From an uncultured Clostridia bacterium (lineage in GTDB: Bacteria; Bacillota; Clostridia; Christensenellales; UBA1242), in the NCBI GenBank assembly GCA_934747775.1, contig CAKVHA010000002.1, positions 70,361-134,360 on the forward strand: a stretch of DNA of 64,000 nucleotides, given 5' to 3'. The notes under the pieces were generated by a model. That model was not told the DNA's origin. It did not search any database and saw only the letters and a program-made list of their open reading frames with translations. Positions 38,008 through 46,544 of this stretch are shown in pieces (position 1 is the stretch's first letter; every line of letters starts with the position of its first letter). A program made the translations under genes and the position numbers.

Positions 38008-39114
38008 TTATTTAATATTAATCGCAGCAAAGTCGCATATAAAACTTACAAAGCGGTCGCTATATTTTTCAAACTCATCCACAATAGCAAACTCATTTGG
38101 CTTGTGCGCAAGTTTTAGGTCGCCCACGCCACACACAATTGCATCGCCGCCAAGCGCTTGATAATAACCAGCTTCACAGCCGCCTTGAAACAACTTTTCA
38201 TTTACACCATATTTAGTGCAAAGTGATTTTATTAACTCTGGGTTGTTTTTTTCTAGCGGCGGAATTGAAAGTGCATTTTCAACTTTAATATCGCAACCAT
38301 TGTACTTTTGTTTTAGCGCCAAAATGCTGTCGTTAAGGTCATTTAAAATAGCATCTTTGTATTTTATTTTTAGTGTGCGAACGTCAAAGCTTAATCTTGC
38401 AGAATTGGAAATTATATTAACTTTTTCGCCACCGCTAACAATGTTGCACGTGGTGGTTGTGTCGGGATATTTAGTGCAAAGTTCTTCTATTTTTAGCATA
38501 ATGCGAGCTGCAATATAGTTTGCGTTTACGCCGCCGCTTGGATTGCTGCTATGGCAACTTTTGCCCGTTATTTGCACCCTAAACTCGTAGCAACTTTTAC
38601 TTTGGCTGCAAATATCGCTGTCGGTTGGCTCTCCCACAATTGTGCATTTTGGGGTGATATTTAGTTGTTTTAGCGTGTCTACAACTCGCACCACGCCATT
38701 TAGATTTGTTTCTTCGTCGCCAGTAATTGCAACTACAACTGGAACTGGCAATTGTTTTAGTTTAGCGGCATTATTTAAAACCACCGCAAAAAAGCTTTTC
38801 ATATCAATGCTGCCCAACCCATATAGTTTGCCATCTTTTAGCACCGCTTTATACGGGCAAGTGTTGTACAATTTTTCATCGGCCGTAACCGTGTCAATGT
38901 GTCCTGCCAAAACTACGGCATCTGAAAGGTTTTTAAGGTTGCAGTTTAGCCCAACCAGCAAGTTTTCACGCGCGTCTAATGCATTTTTAATGCGCAATGT
39001 TTCTACCGCAATTTTATTAAACTCACATTGTAAGTAGTCTATAATTTCTGTGTTTTGGGTGGTGTCAAAACTTTTTATTTCCACCAATTTTTTTAAATAA
39101 TTTAATTTATCCAT
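38008..39114 (-). CDS. M20-family metallopeptidase (ArgE/DapE-type deacylase)
   Basis: GHIDTV, GLGSIDMKS and TGDEE metal and catalytic motifs. ATG 39114 (MDKLNYLKK) has an AAGGA RBS. The longer ORF start at 39153 would lie inside a terminator hairpin. Confidence 0.8.
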   Translation of the reverse strand: MDKLNYLKKLVEIKSFDTTQNTEIIDYLQCEFNKIAVETLRIKNALDARENLLVGLNCNLKNLSDAVVLAGHIDTVTADEKLYNTCPYKAVLKDGKLYGLGSIDMKSFFAVVLNNAAKLKQLPVPVVVAITGDEETNLNGVVRVVDTLKQLNITPKCTIVGEPTDSDICSQSKSCYEFRVQITGKSCHSSNPSGGVNANYIAARIMLKIEELCTKYPDTTTTCNIVSGGEKVNIISNSARLSFDVRTLKIKYKDAILNDLNDSILALKQKYNGCDIKVENALSIPPLEKNNPELIKSLCTKYGVNEKLFQGGCEAGYYQALGGDAIVCGVGDLKLAHKPNEFAIVDEFEKYSDRFVSFICDFAAINIK

Positions 39115-39129
39115 AATTTTATCCTTATT

Positions 39130-39369
39130 AAAAAAGCTCACTAATGCAAACACGCATTAATGAGCTAATTGTTTTTTTGTTTATTTTATTCATTATGCGT
39201 TTTTATGAAAACTTGTACTAAAAAGGCTTTCACAAAAACACTTACAATTTTTTTTGCGAATCCTTTAATTAATATGATGCTCCCAATTTACTGAATAAAA
39301 CATAATTTTTTCCTTTTAAGGTATTTCACCTTACATAATTATATTACGCTAGGTAAATTTAAATGTCAA
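39130..39369 (-). promoter_or_regulatory. promoter plus ~200-nt leader with mutually exclusive antiterminator/terminator, class unknown
   Basis: Minus strand: TTGACA (39364-39369, overlapping the valS stop) - 17 nt - TAATAT (39341-39346). Terminator AGCTCATTAATGC-gtgttt-GCATTAGTGAGCT-TTTTTT (39166-39130) ends about 15 nt before the M20 start. Upstream ACGCATAATGA (39200-39190) can pair with TCATTAATGCGT (39163-39152). Confidence 0.55.
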
Positions 39370-41990
39370 CACTTTTTTAATTTTTCTAAAAGTGTAGTTT
39401 TGCTTTCTAGCAAGAAATTGTATCTCGATTGTTCTTTTTCAACAAGTTGTTTTGGTGCTCTTTCCACAAAATTAGGGTTGTTTAACCTAGTTCCTAAAAG
39501 TGTAAGTTCGGCGTCAATTTTTTCTATATCCTTATTAATACGCTCTTTTTCTTTATCGGAATCCACAACTTCGTTTTTGTAGAAATGCAAGTTTCCAAGC
39601 TCGCTAACAAAGTCAATTGTCTCAGTGCTAAACTCGTTTTCAATTTTAATATTTTCCACATTTACCATTTTAGACAAAACTAATTTTGCTAAGTTTAGCG
39701 CTTCTAGGTTTTCTTTATTTAGTTCGCCATTCAACACAATTAGCGAAACCTTTTTGGACGGCAAAACATTAAGGTCTAATCTTACTTCTCTTATTTTTTG
39801 AATTAAGCTAATAATTTTTTCTGCCACCGCAGATTCTTTTTCAAAACAGCCAACGCTTTTTGCGTAGCTAGAATTAATTAGCATTCCGCTTTCGAAGTTT
39901 GAGTAAATGTATTCGGTTATAAACGGAATAATTGGGTGTAATAGTTTTAAAATGTTTATATAAACATCTTTTAAAACGGCAACCGCATTTGCTCTAACGG
40001 TTTTATCTTCACTATACACATAAGGTTTTGACAACTCAATGTAGTAGTCGCAGAAATCATCCCAAACAAAGTCGTACATTCTGTTTACCGCTTGGCAAAC
40101 ATCTAAGTTGTCTAAAAGTCTATTAACATCTTTTATGGTGTTATCTAATTTTGTATAAATCCATTTATCAAAAACATTAAGTTTTGTAGGGTCAAGCGGT
40201 GTATCGGTTGTTTGACTTAGGCATAGTTCTAGGAATTTTCCGCTGTTAAACACTTTGTTTATAAACTTGCGGTCTTCCAAAATTTTTGCTTCGCTAAACC
40301 TAAAGTCGTTTCCAGTGCCATTGCCCACAATCAACGAAAATCTTAGTGCGTCGGCACCATATTTTTCTATAATTTCAATAGGGTCTACGCCATTGTTGGA
40401 CGATTTACTCATCTTTTTGCCTTCATCGTCGCGCACAATGCCGTTAATTAAAACCTTGTTAAACGGAACCTTGCCCATAATTTTTTCGCTAAGCATAACC
40501 ATACGCGCAACCCAGAAGAAAATAATATCTTGAGCGGTTACAAGTGTAGATGTTGGGAAAAACTTGTTTAAATCCGCTGTTTTTTCTGGATAACCAAGTG
40601 TGGAAAATGGCCACAAAGCAGAACTAAACCAAGTATCCAAAACATCGTTGTCTTGGTGGATATGAGTAGAGCCGCACTTGCTGCATTTTGCTGGTGCTGC
40701 GGTTTCTACCATAACAGCGCCACAATCGTCGCAGTAGTATGCTGGAATGCGATGTCCCCACCATAACTGACGAGAAATACACCAATCTCTAATGTTTTCT
40801 AGCCAATTGCGATATATTTTTTCCACTCTATTTGGCACAATTTCTAGCTCTTTGTTGTTTACAACTTCTAGCGCCTTTTTCGCCATTTCGTCCATTTTCA
40901 TAAACCATTGACTAGAAATCATTGGTTCTACGGCGTTGTGGCAGCGATAGCAAGTTGCCTTTGGCAATTTGTATGGCTCAATTTTTTCTATTAAGTCCGC
41001 TGCTTTTAGGGCATCAACAAGCTGTTTGCGGCACTCGTAGCGGTCTAGACCTGCATATTTTCCGCAAAGGTCATTCATTGTTCCGTCTTCATTCATAACA
41101 ACAACTGGTGTAAAGTTGTGGCGTTTGCCAACTTCGTAGTCGTTTGCGTCGTGGGCAGGTGTAATTTTTACTACACCTGTTCCAAAATCTTTTTCAACAT
41201 AATCATCGGCAATAAGCGGAATTTCTTTGTTGGTTGCTGGCAATTTTAACATTTTGCCAATTTTGCCTGCGTATCTAGGGTCGTTTGGATTAACTGCAAC
41301 ACACACATCGCCAAATAGCGTTTCTGGACGAGTTGTTGCAACAACCAAGTAGCCGCTTCCGTCTACATATGGGTAGCGAATATACCAAAAACTTGAATCA
41401 ACTTCTTCGTGTTCTACTTCAGCATCGGACAATGCGGTTTTACAACAAGGGCACCAGTTTATTAGCTTTTTGCCTTTGTAAATTAAGCCTTCGTCATAAA
41501 GCTGCTTAAACACTTCTAGCACGGCTTTTTGTCTTTTTTCGTCCATAGTAAAGGCGCATCTATTCCAATCACAACTACAACCTAACGTTCTAAGTTGCAA
41601 CTTTATTCTGCCACCAAACTTGTCGTTCCAAGCCCACGCGCGTTTTAAAAACTCGTCGCGGCCTAGCTCTTCTTTTGACAAGCCTTCTTTTCTAAGCGCG
41701 TCAATAATTTTTACTTCGGTTGCAATTGATGCGTGGTCTGTCCCAGGAACCCAAAGTGTGTTGTATCCCATCATACGCTTGTATCTAACTAAAAAGTCTT
41801 GCGTTGTGTTGTTAAGTGCGTGGCCAATGTGAAGTTGACCGGTGATGTTTGGTGGTGGCATAATAACCGTAAAACATTCGCCTTTAAAGTTTGGGTTTTT
41901 GTCGCTTTCGGGTTTAAAACAACCGCTCTCTTCCCAATTTTTATAAATCTCTTTTTCTTTTAATTGTGGTTCGTAAGTTTTGTCTAACAT
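39366..41990 (-). CDS. valS: valine--tRNA ligase
   Basis: Class I motifs PPPNITGQLHIGH and KMSKS, CP1 editing domain, C-terminal coiled coil. 874 aa. Confidence 0.95.
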   Translation of the reverse strand: MLDKTYEPQLKEKEIYKNWEESGCFKPESDKNPNFKGECFTVIMPPPNITGQLHIGHALNNTTQDFLVRYKRMMGYNTLWVPGTDHASIATEVKIIDALRKEGLSKEELGRDEFLKRAWAWNDKFGGRIKLQLRTLGCSCDWNRCAFTMDEKRQKAVLEVFKQLYDEGLIYKGKKLINWCPCCKTALSDAEVEHEEVDSSFWYIRYPYVDGSGYLVVATTRPETLFGDVCVAVNPNDPRYAGKIGKMLKLPATNKEIPLIADDYVEKDFGTGVVKITPAHDANDYEVGKRHNFTPVVVMNEDGTMNDLCGKYAGLDRYECRKQLVDALKAADLIEKIEPYKLPKATCYRCHNAVEPMISSQWFMKMDEMAKKALEVVNNKELEIVPNRVEKIYRNWLENIRDWCISRQLWWGHRIPAYYCDDCGAVMVETAAPAKCSKCGSTHIHQDNDVLDTWFSSALWPFSTLGYPEKTADLNKFFPTSTLVTAQDIIFFWVARMVMLSEKIMGKVPFNKVLINGIVRDDEGKKMSKSSNNGVDPIEIIEKYGADALRFSLIVGNGTGNDFRFSEAKILEDRKFINKVFNSGKFLELCLSQTTDTPLDPTKLNVFDKWIYTKLDNTIKDVNRLLDNLDVCQAVNRMYDFVWDDFCDYYIELSKPYVYSEDKTVRANAVAVLKDVYINILKLLHPIIPFITEYIYSNFESGMLINSSYAKSVGCFEKESAVAEKIISLIQKIREVRLDLNVLPSKKVSLIVLNGELNKENLEALNLAKLVLSKMVNVENIKIENEFSTETIDFVSELGNLHFYKNEVVDSDKEKERINKDIEKIDAELTLLGTRLNNPNFVERAPKQLVEKEQSRYNFLLESKTTLLEKLKKC

Positions 41991-42004
41991 AATTCCTCCT
42001 AAAG

Positions 42005-42297
42005 CATAAGGCTTAAAAACAAAAAAGCCTTATGGAAAAAATATCCATAAGGGCGAATAGTCGCGGTACCACCTTATCTTTATATCTTAATTAACACCTT
42101 ACGCGTGTTTTAACTTCGCGGACGGTCTACTACACTTCTTCGTCCGAACTCGTTTGCTACCTTCGGTTTTGCTATTTTTAGGTTGCTTTCAGCCCACTGA
42201 CAACCACTCTCTAAAAAAACGCCTAAAACTTACTCCTCAAACTTATATATCGTTTCTCTAATGTCACTATTTTAAATCAAATCAAACATAAAGTCAA
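42005..42297 (-). promoter_or_regulatory. T-box leader of valS, with its promoter
   Basis: Minus strand: TTGACT (42292-42297) - 17 nt - TAAAAT; AGAGAG...GGGCTGAAAG stem I elements; conserved T-box AAGGTGGTACCGCG (42061-42075 region); terminator CCTTATGGA-tatttttt-TCCATAAGG-CTTTTTT (42052-42021). Confidence 0.85.
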
Positions 42298-42479
42298 TAG
42301 ATTTTGCACCGAAATAAAATAGCAAACCATTTTAGTTGTTGTGGGGTTGTTTTAGTGAAGTGCGGATGTTTTCGGTGTTGTTTTTATATTATCTTATTGT
42401 TTTCATAATTTAATTGTTTTTTTAAGTTTCTTTAATTTTAAAAAAAGAGCAATTACACTTGGTGTAACGCTCTTAAAAG

Positions 42480-44900
42480 TTATACTATAAAGTTTATAAT
42501 TTTACCCTTAACAAAAATTGTTTTGCGGATATTATTAAAGTCTATTGTAAGTTTGTTTAAAGCTTTTACAGCTTCCACAACTTCGTCTTGATTTGCTTCA
42601 CGGGAAATTAACACAGTGGCACGCAATTTACCATTAACCTGAACTGGAATTTCAATTTCGTTTTTAACTGTTTTTGCTTCGTCATATTTTGGCCAGCTTT
42701 CGTTTAGAATATCACCACCAAAAACACGCTCAAACATTTCACTTGTAATGTGTGGAGCAAGTGGATTTAACACAACCAAAAATTGTTTTAATTCGTCGGA
42801 AGTTATAAAGCCATCTTCTTTAACCTTTTTAATAAATATCATACAAGCCGAAATTGCGGTGTTAAGTTTTAGGTTTTCGTAGTCGGCGCCCACCTTTTTA
42901 ATAAGCGCGTGAAGTTCTACTTCGTGTTCTTTACTCACTCCGTTGCCTTTAACGATGTCGCCAAGTTTCCAAACCTTATCCAAAAAGTTTACAATGCCAT
43001 CTATTCCATTAAATGTCCACTGGCAATTATCTTCGTATCCAGCCAAAAAGTGAACGTGCATTCTTGCAACATCGGCGCCATATTTATCTAGCACTTCTTG
43101 TGGTGAAACACCGTTTTTAGACGACTTGCTCATTTTTTTGCCTTCGTCATCCAAAATTAAGCCGCTGCCCATTTTGCGAATGAATGGGTCGCGAGTAGGA
43201 ACAGCACCAATTTCGTACAAAAAGTTTTGCCAGAAAAACGCGTAAAGCACGTGGCGGGTAATGTGTTCGGTGCCGCCAGTGTAAACATCTACACTACCCC
43301 AGTATTTAAGTTTTTCGTAATCAGCAAGTGCTTTGTCGTTGTGCGGGTCGCAATAGCGTAGCCAGTACCAGCTAGAACCCGCCCAGTTTGGCATAGTATC
43401 TGTTTCGCGTTTTGCCTTGCCGCCGCATTTAGGACAAGTGCAATTTACAAAACTTTCTATTTTAGATAATGGCGAGTCACCACTTGCTTTTGGCATAAAG
43501 TCCTTAGTTTCTGGCAACAACAATGGCAATTCACTGTCGTTTAGTCCAACCACACCGCACTTAGGACAGAACACCACAGGAAATGGTTCGCCCCAATAAC
43601 GCTGACGATTAAAAGGCCAATCTTTAAGTGCATAGTTAACAACCTTTTTACCCCAGCCGTTTTCAACAATCATATCGGCAATAAGTTTTTTAGCGTCCTT
43701 AACTTTCATTCCGCTAAACTTATCGGAATTAATCATTTTGTAATTGCCGCCAATGTATTCCAATTTTTCAACCGCGTGCTCGCTAACATCGCCCTCTATA
43801 ATCTGCTTAAAAGGAAGATTAAACACTTTTGCAAACTCGTAGTCGCGTTGGTCGTGGCAAGGAACAGCCATAACCGCGCCTGTGCCGTAGCCATTTAGAA
43901 CATAGTCTGCCAAATACAAACTTACTTGCTCGCCGTTTACAAGATTAAGCGCCTTAACGCCTTTTAGCAAGCAGCCTGTTTTTTCTTTAACTTGGCTTTT
44001 TCTATCAAACTCACTACGCAATGCGGTTTTCTTTTGATACTCGCGCACTTCGTTTAGGTTTTTAATATATGGCACAAGTTTTTCTACAAGGTCGTTTTCT
44101 GGCGCAATGCTAACATATGTTACACCGTAAATAGTTTCTATGCAAGTTGTAAAAACTTCTAGCTCGTTTACTTTTTTTCCGCCATCGTCCACAATATCAA
44201 ACCTAAGCTGAACGCCTTCACTTTTACCTATCCAATTGCGTTGGGCTTCTTTTAAGTAGTCCGCCATTTGAATGCGGTCTACATTGCCTAGCAATTTTTC
44301 GGCATACTCTTTCATTTTTAAAAACCACACGTCGCGATTTACTTGAACAACATCGTTTCCGCAGCGGTCGCATTTTCCGCCTTGGCTATCTTCGTTGGAA
44401 AGTACTGTTTGGCAGTGTTCGCAAAAATTTACTACACCTTTTTCCTTATATGCTTTGCCGTGTTTTAGTAGCTGGCTAAAAATCCACTGAGTCCACTTGT
44501 AATATTCTGGGTCGGAAGTGCAAAAAGCACGACTATAATCAAACGACAAGCCTAACGCCTTAAATTGGTCTAATATAATTTTAAAACCTTTTTCAACAAA
44601 CTCTTTTGGGTTTGTGCCATACTTTATTGCTGCGTTTTCGGCAGGAAGCCCAAATGCGTCGCCACCAATTGGAAACAACACATTGTAACCGCAAAAACGC
44701 TTGTATCTAGCAAGAGCATCGGCAGGAACAGTGCCTTTTAGGTGACCCATATGAAGGCTTTTTCCGCTAACATTAGGAAACTCATAAAGAGCGTAATATT
44801 TAGGGCGAGTTGTATCAAAATCAACCGCTTTAAAACGTGGCTCATTTTCCCACTTTTTTTGCCATTTTTGTTCTACTTGTTTAAAATTATATGCGTCCAT
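42480..44900 (-). CDS. leuS: leucine--tRNA ligase
   Basis: FPNVSGKSLHMGH (HIGH-type) and KMSKS motifs, plus Cys clusters. ATG 44900 (MDAYNFKQVEQKWQ) follows a GGAG RBS. Terminator at about 42440-42478. Confidence 0.95.
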   Translation of the reverse strand: MDAYNFKQVEQKWQKKWENEPRFKAVDFDTTRPKYYALYEFPNVSGKSLHMGHLKGTVPADALARYKRFCGYNVLFPIGGDAFGLPAENAAIKYGTNPKEFVEKGFKIILDQFKALGLSFDYSRAFCTSDPEYYKWTQWIFSQLLKHGKAYKEKGVVNFCEHCQTVLSNEDSQGGKCDRCGNDVVQVNRDVWFLKMKEYAEKLLGNVDRIQMADYLKEAQRNWIGKSEGVQLRFDIVDDGGKKVNELEVFTTCIETIYGVTYVSIAPENDLVEKLVPYIKNLNEVREYQKKTALRSEFDRKSQVKEKTGCLLKGVKALNLVNGEQVSLYLADYVLNGYGTGAVMAVPCHDQRDYEFAKVFNLPFKQIIEGDVSEHAVEKLEYIGGNYKMINSDKFSGMKVKDAKKLIADMIVENGWGKKVVNYALKDWPFNRQRYWGEPFPVVFCPKCGVVGLNDSELPLLLPETKDFMPKASGDSPLSKIESFVNCTCPKCGGKAKRETDTMPNWAGSSWYWLRYCDPHNDKALADYEKLKYWGSVDVYTGGTEHITRHVLYAFFWQNFLYEIGAVPTRDPFIRKMGSGLILDDEGKKMSKSSKNGVSPQEVLDKYGADVARMHVHFLAGYEDNCQWTFNGIDGIVNFLDKVWKLGDIVKGNGVSKEHEVELHALIKKVGADYENLKLNTAISACMIFIKKVKEDGFITSDELKQFLVVLNPLAPHITSEMFERVFGGDILNESWPKYDEAKTVKNEIEIPVQVNGKLRATVLISREANQDEVVEAVKALNKLTIDFNNIRKTIFVKGKIINFIV

Positions 44901-45088
44901 AACATCTCCAAGAAATATAAATTTACATAATATTAGCACAATTTGGACACATTGTCAAAACAAGAATAAACATAACTCACCACATTTGTTAGTTTTTTAA
45001 TTGAGTTGTGTTTGACTTTAGCGCCTAAATAATGGTATAAAGTAAATATAGAATACAACACTAAAAACTTGTTTAGGATAAAATTTTA

Positions 45089-45838
45089 ATGAAAAATACA
45101 AACGACAAAATTAAAAAAAATGACACCACAAAAACCGCTAAAACAAAACGCAATATTTTTGTTGTAATTTGGACTTATATTAAAAACAACAAATCCGCAA
45201 TCATATTGTTTTTAATCTTGTTGTTTTTTCAACAACTTTCTTGGTCGGGAAATATGATTTTAGGAAAAGACGGTGTTACACTATTTCTTCCTATTGACCA
45301 CGAAATTCCTTTAATAAGCGAATTTATTTATGTGTATTACTTAACTTTTCCACTTGTGATATTTGCATATTTTTGGATTGCTGCAAAAGACAAAAAACAT
45401 TGTTACAATATTTGGCTTACTGCTATAATATCTTTTGTAATTTCGGGCTTATTTTATTTGTTTTTCCAAACACAAATGGTAAAACCAGAACTAACACCCA
45501 CCACTTTTTCGGACAAGCTACTCATTGGCACGTGGAACGCTTGCAAACCAATAAATTGTTTTCCTAGTCAACACGCTGTAATGGCATTATTAATAATTTT
45601 GGCATACTACAATCAAAAAGGAACAACAAAAGTGTGGTTTAGAATTTTTAACTATATATGTGCAGTTTTAATACTACTTGCAACCATATTTTTAAAACAA
45701 CACTTTATTGTGGATATGCTTGCCAGCATTGCAATTGTAATTCCTGTTTACATAATTGTAAAGGCGTGGAATTTTGGCGGGTATATAGATAAAAAGATGA
45801 CATACTGGTCAACTAAAAAACAACAAAAAACGCATTAG
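45089..45838 (+). CDS. PAP2-superfamily membrane phosphatase/transferase-like protein
   Basis: Multi-pass membrane protein with FPSQHAV and HFIVDMLAS (SxH ... HxxxD, PAP2 C2/C3-like motifs). Confidence 0.6.
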   Translation: MKNTNDKIKKNDTTKTAKTKRNIFVVIWTYIKNNKSAIILFLILLFFQQLSWSGNMILGKDGVTLFLPIDHEIPLISEFIYVYYLTFPLVIFAYFWIAAKDKKHCYNIWLTAIISFVISGLFYLFFQTQMVKPELTPTTFSDKLLIGTWNACKPINCFPSQHAVMALLIILAYYNQKGTTKVWFRIFNYICAVLILLATIFLKQHFIVDMLASIAIVIPVYIIVKAWNFGGYIDKKMTYWSTKKQQKTH

Positions 45839-45863
45839 AAAAAACTAATGCGTTTTATTTTTT
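45832..45863 (+). terminator. intrinsic terminator
   Basis: GCATTAG-aaaaaa-CTAATGC-GTTTTATTTTTT, overlapping the stop codon. Confidence 0.8.
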
Positions 45864-46074
45864 AAATATCCCCTTTCGCCACCCTCACAAAACAAACCGA
45901 TATATGGTGATTATAATAATTTATAACAGTGCGCTTGTAACCGTAACGACTTAAAAAGTACATTTTTGTGCGTAGTCACTAGCACCCAAACCTAAATTGG
46001 ACGCCAGAATTTACCCTTTCTGGCAAGGGACTATATCCGCCTTTGTTTTGCTAACAACTTTAATTACTGCTATA

Positions 46075-46530
46075 TTACATTAATTCTGTTAGCCAATTTG
46101 TTTCTTGAAGTTTTGCGTCGGTTAGTCTAATTTGTTTTGAAACTTCATCTATTTGTTTTTGAAGATCCGCAACATTAAATGCTGTTTTTATTCTAATTTC
46201 GGTGTGTGTAAGGCGGTTTATTAAAACCGTACCAGTGTCAAACAAACTGCCTAGTAGCGACAACTTTTTAGTTAGCATATCCTTTTTTGCAATAAGCTCC
46301 GAAATCGTTTCGCCACTACTTAGTTTTGTAAGTTCATTGGTTTTGTTTATATGAACCACAAGATATTCTAACCTATTAAGTTTTTCATTTAATTCCTTAA
46401 TTAGGTCGCTAGGGTTTTCGTTGGGTTCGGTTCCTTCATGAACTCTAGCGTTGTTTACAAGCCTATCTTTTAACATATTTAGTTTTGTTTGGATATCGGC
46501 TCTTTCAATTAATGCTTCTGCTAATTTCAT
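46075..46530 (-). CDS. DIP1984 (septicolysin-like) family protein
   Basis: MKLAEALIERADIQTKLNMLKDRL...EGTEPNENPSDLIKEL...HINKTN matches the conserved pattern of this family as I recall it. Confidence 0.65.
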   Translation of the reverse strand: MKLAEALIERADIQTKLNMLKDRLVNNARVHEGTEPNENPSDLIKELNEKLNRLEYLVVHINKTNELTKLSSGETISELIAKKDMLTKKLSLLGSLFDTGTVLINRLTHTEIRIKTAFNVADLQKQIDEVSKQIRLTDAKLQETNWLTELM

Positions 46531-46544
46531 AACATCTCCTAATA

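Noticed and set aside
39265-39303. Leader peptide MFYSVNWEHHIN (minus strand) as the sensor of the M20 attenuator
   Set aside because: It has an AAGGA RBS and contains Trp and His-His. However, it ends about 65 nt before the antiterminator segment, no tandem regulatory codons match a plausible effector for an ArgE/DapE-type gene, and leader-peptide attenuation is uncommon in Firmicutes. It is kept only as a remote possibility.
42307-42377. Possible small RNA between the leuS terminator and the valS promoter (8-bp stem CACCGAAA/TTTCGGTG enclosing 55 nt with a C-rich CAACCCCACAACAAC loop on the minus strand)
   Set aside because: It has no convincing promoter (only a weak TTAAAT-16-TAATAT) and no terminator. 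The resemblance of its C-rich loop to the element family is only compositional, so it is too weak to call without expression data.
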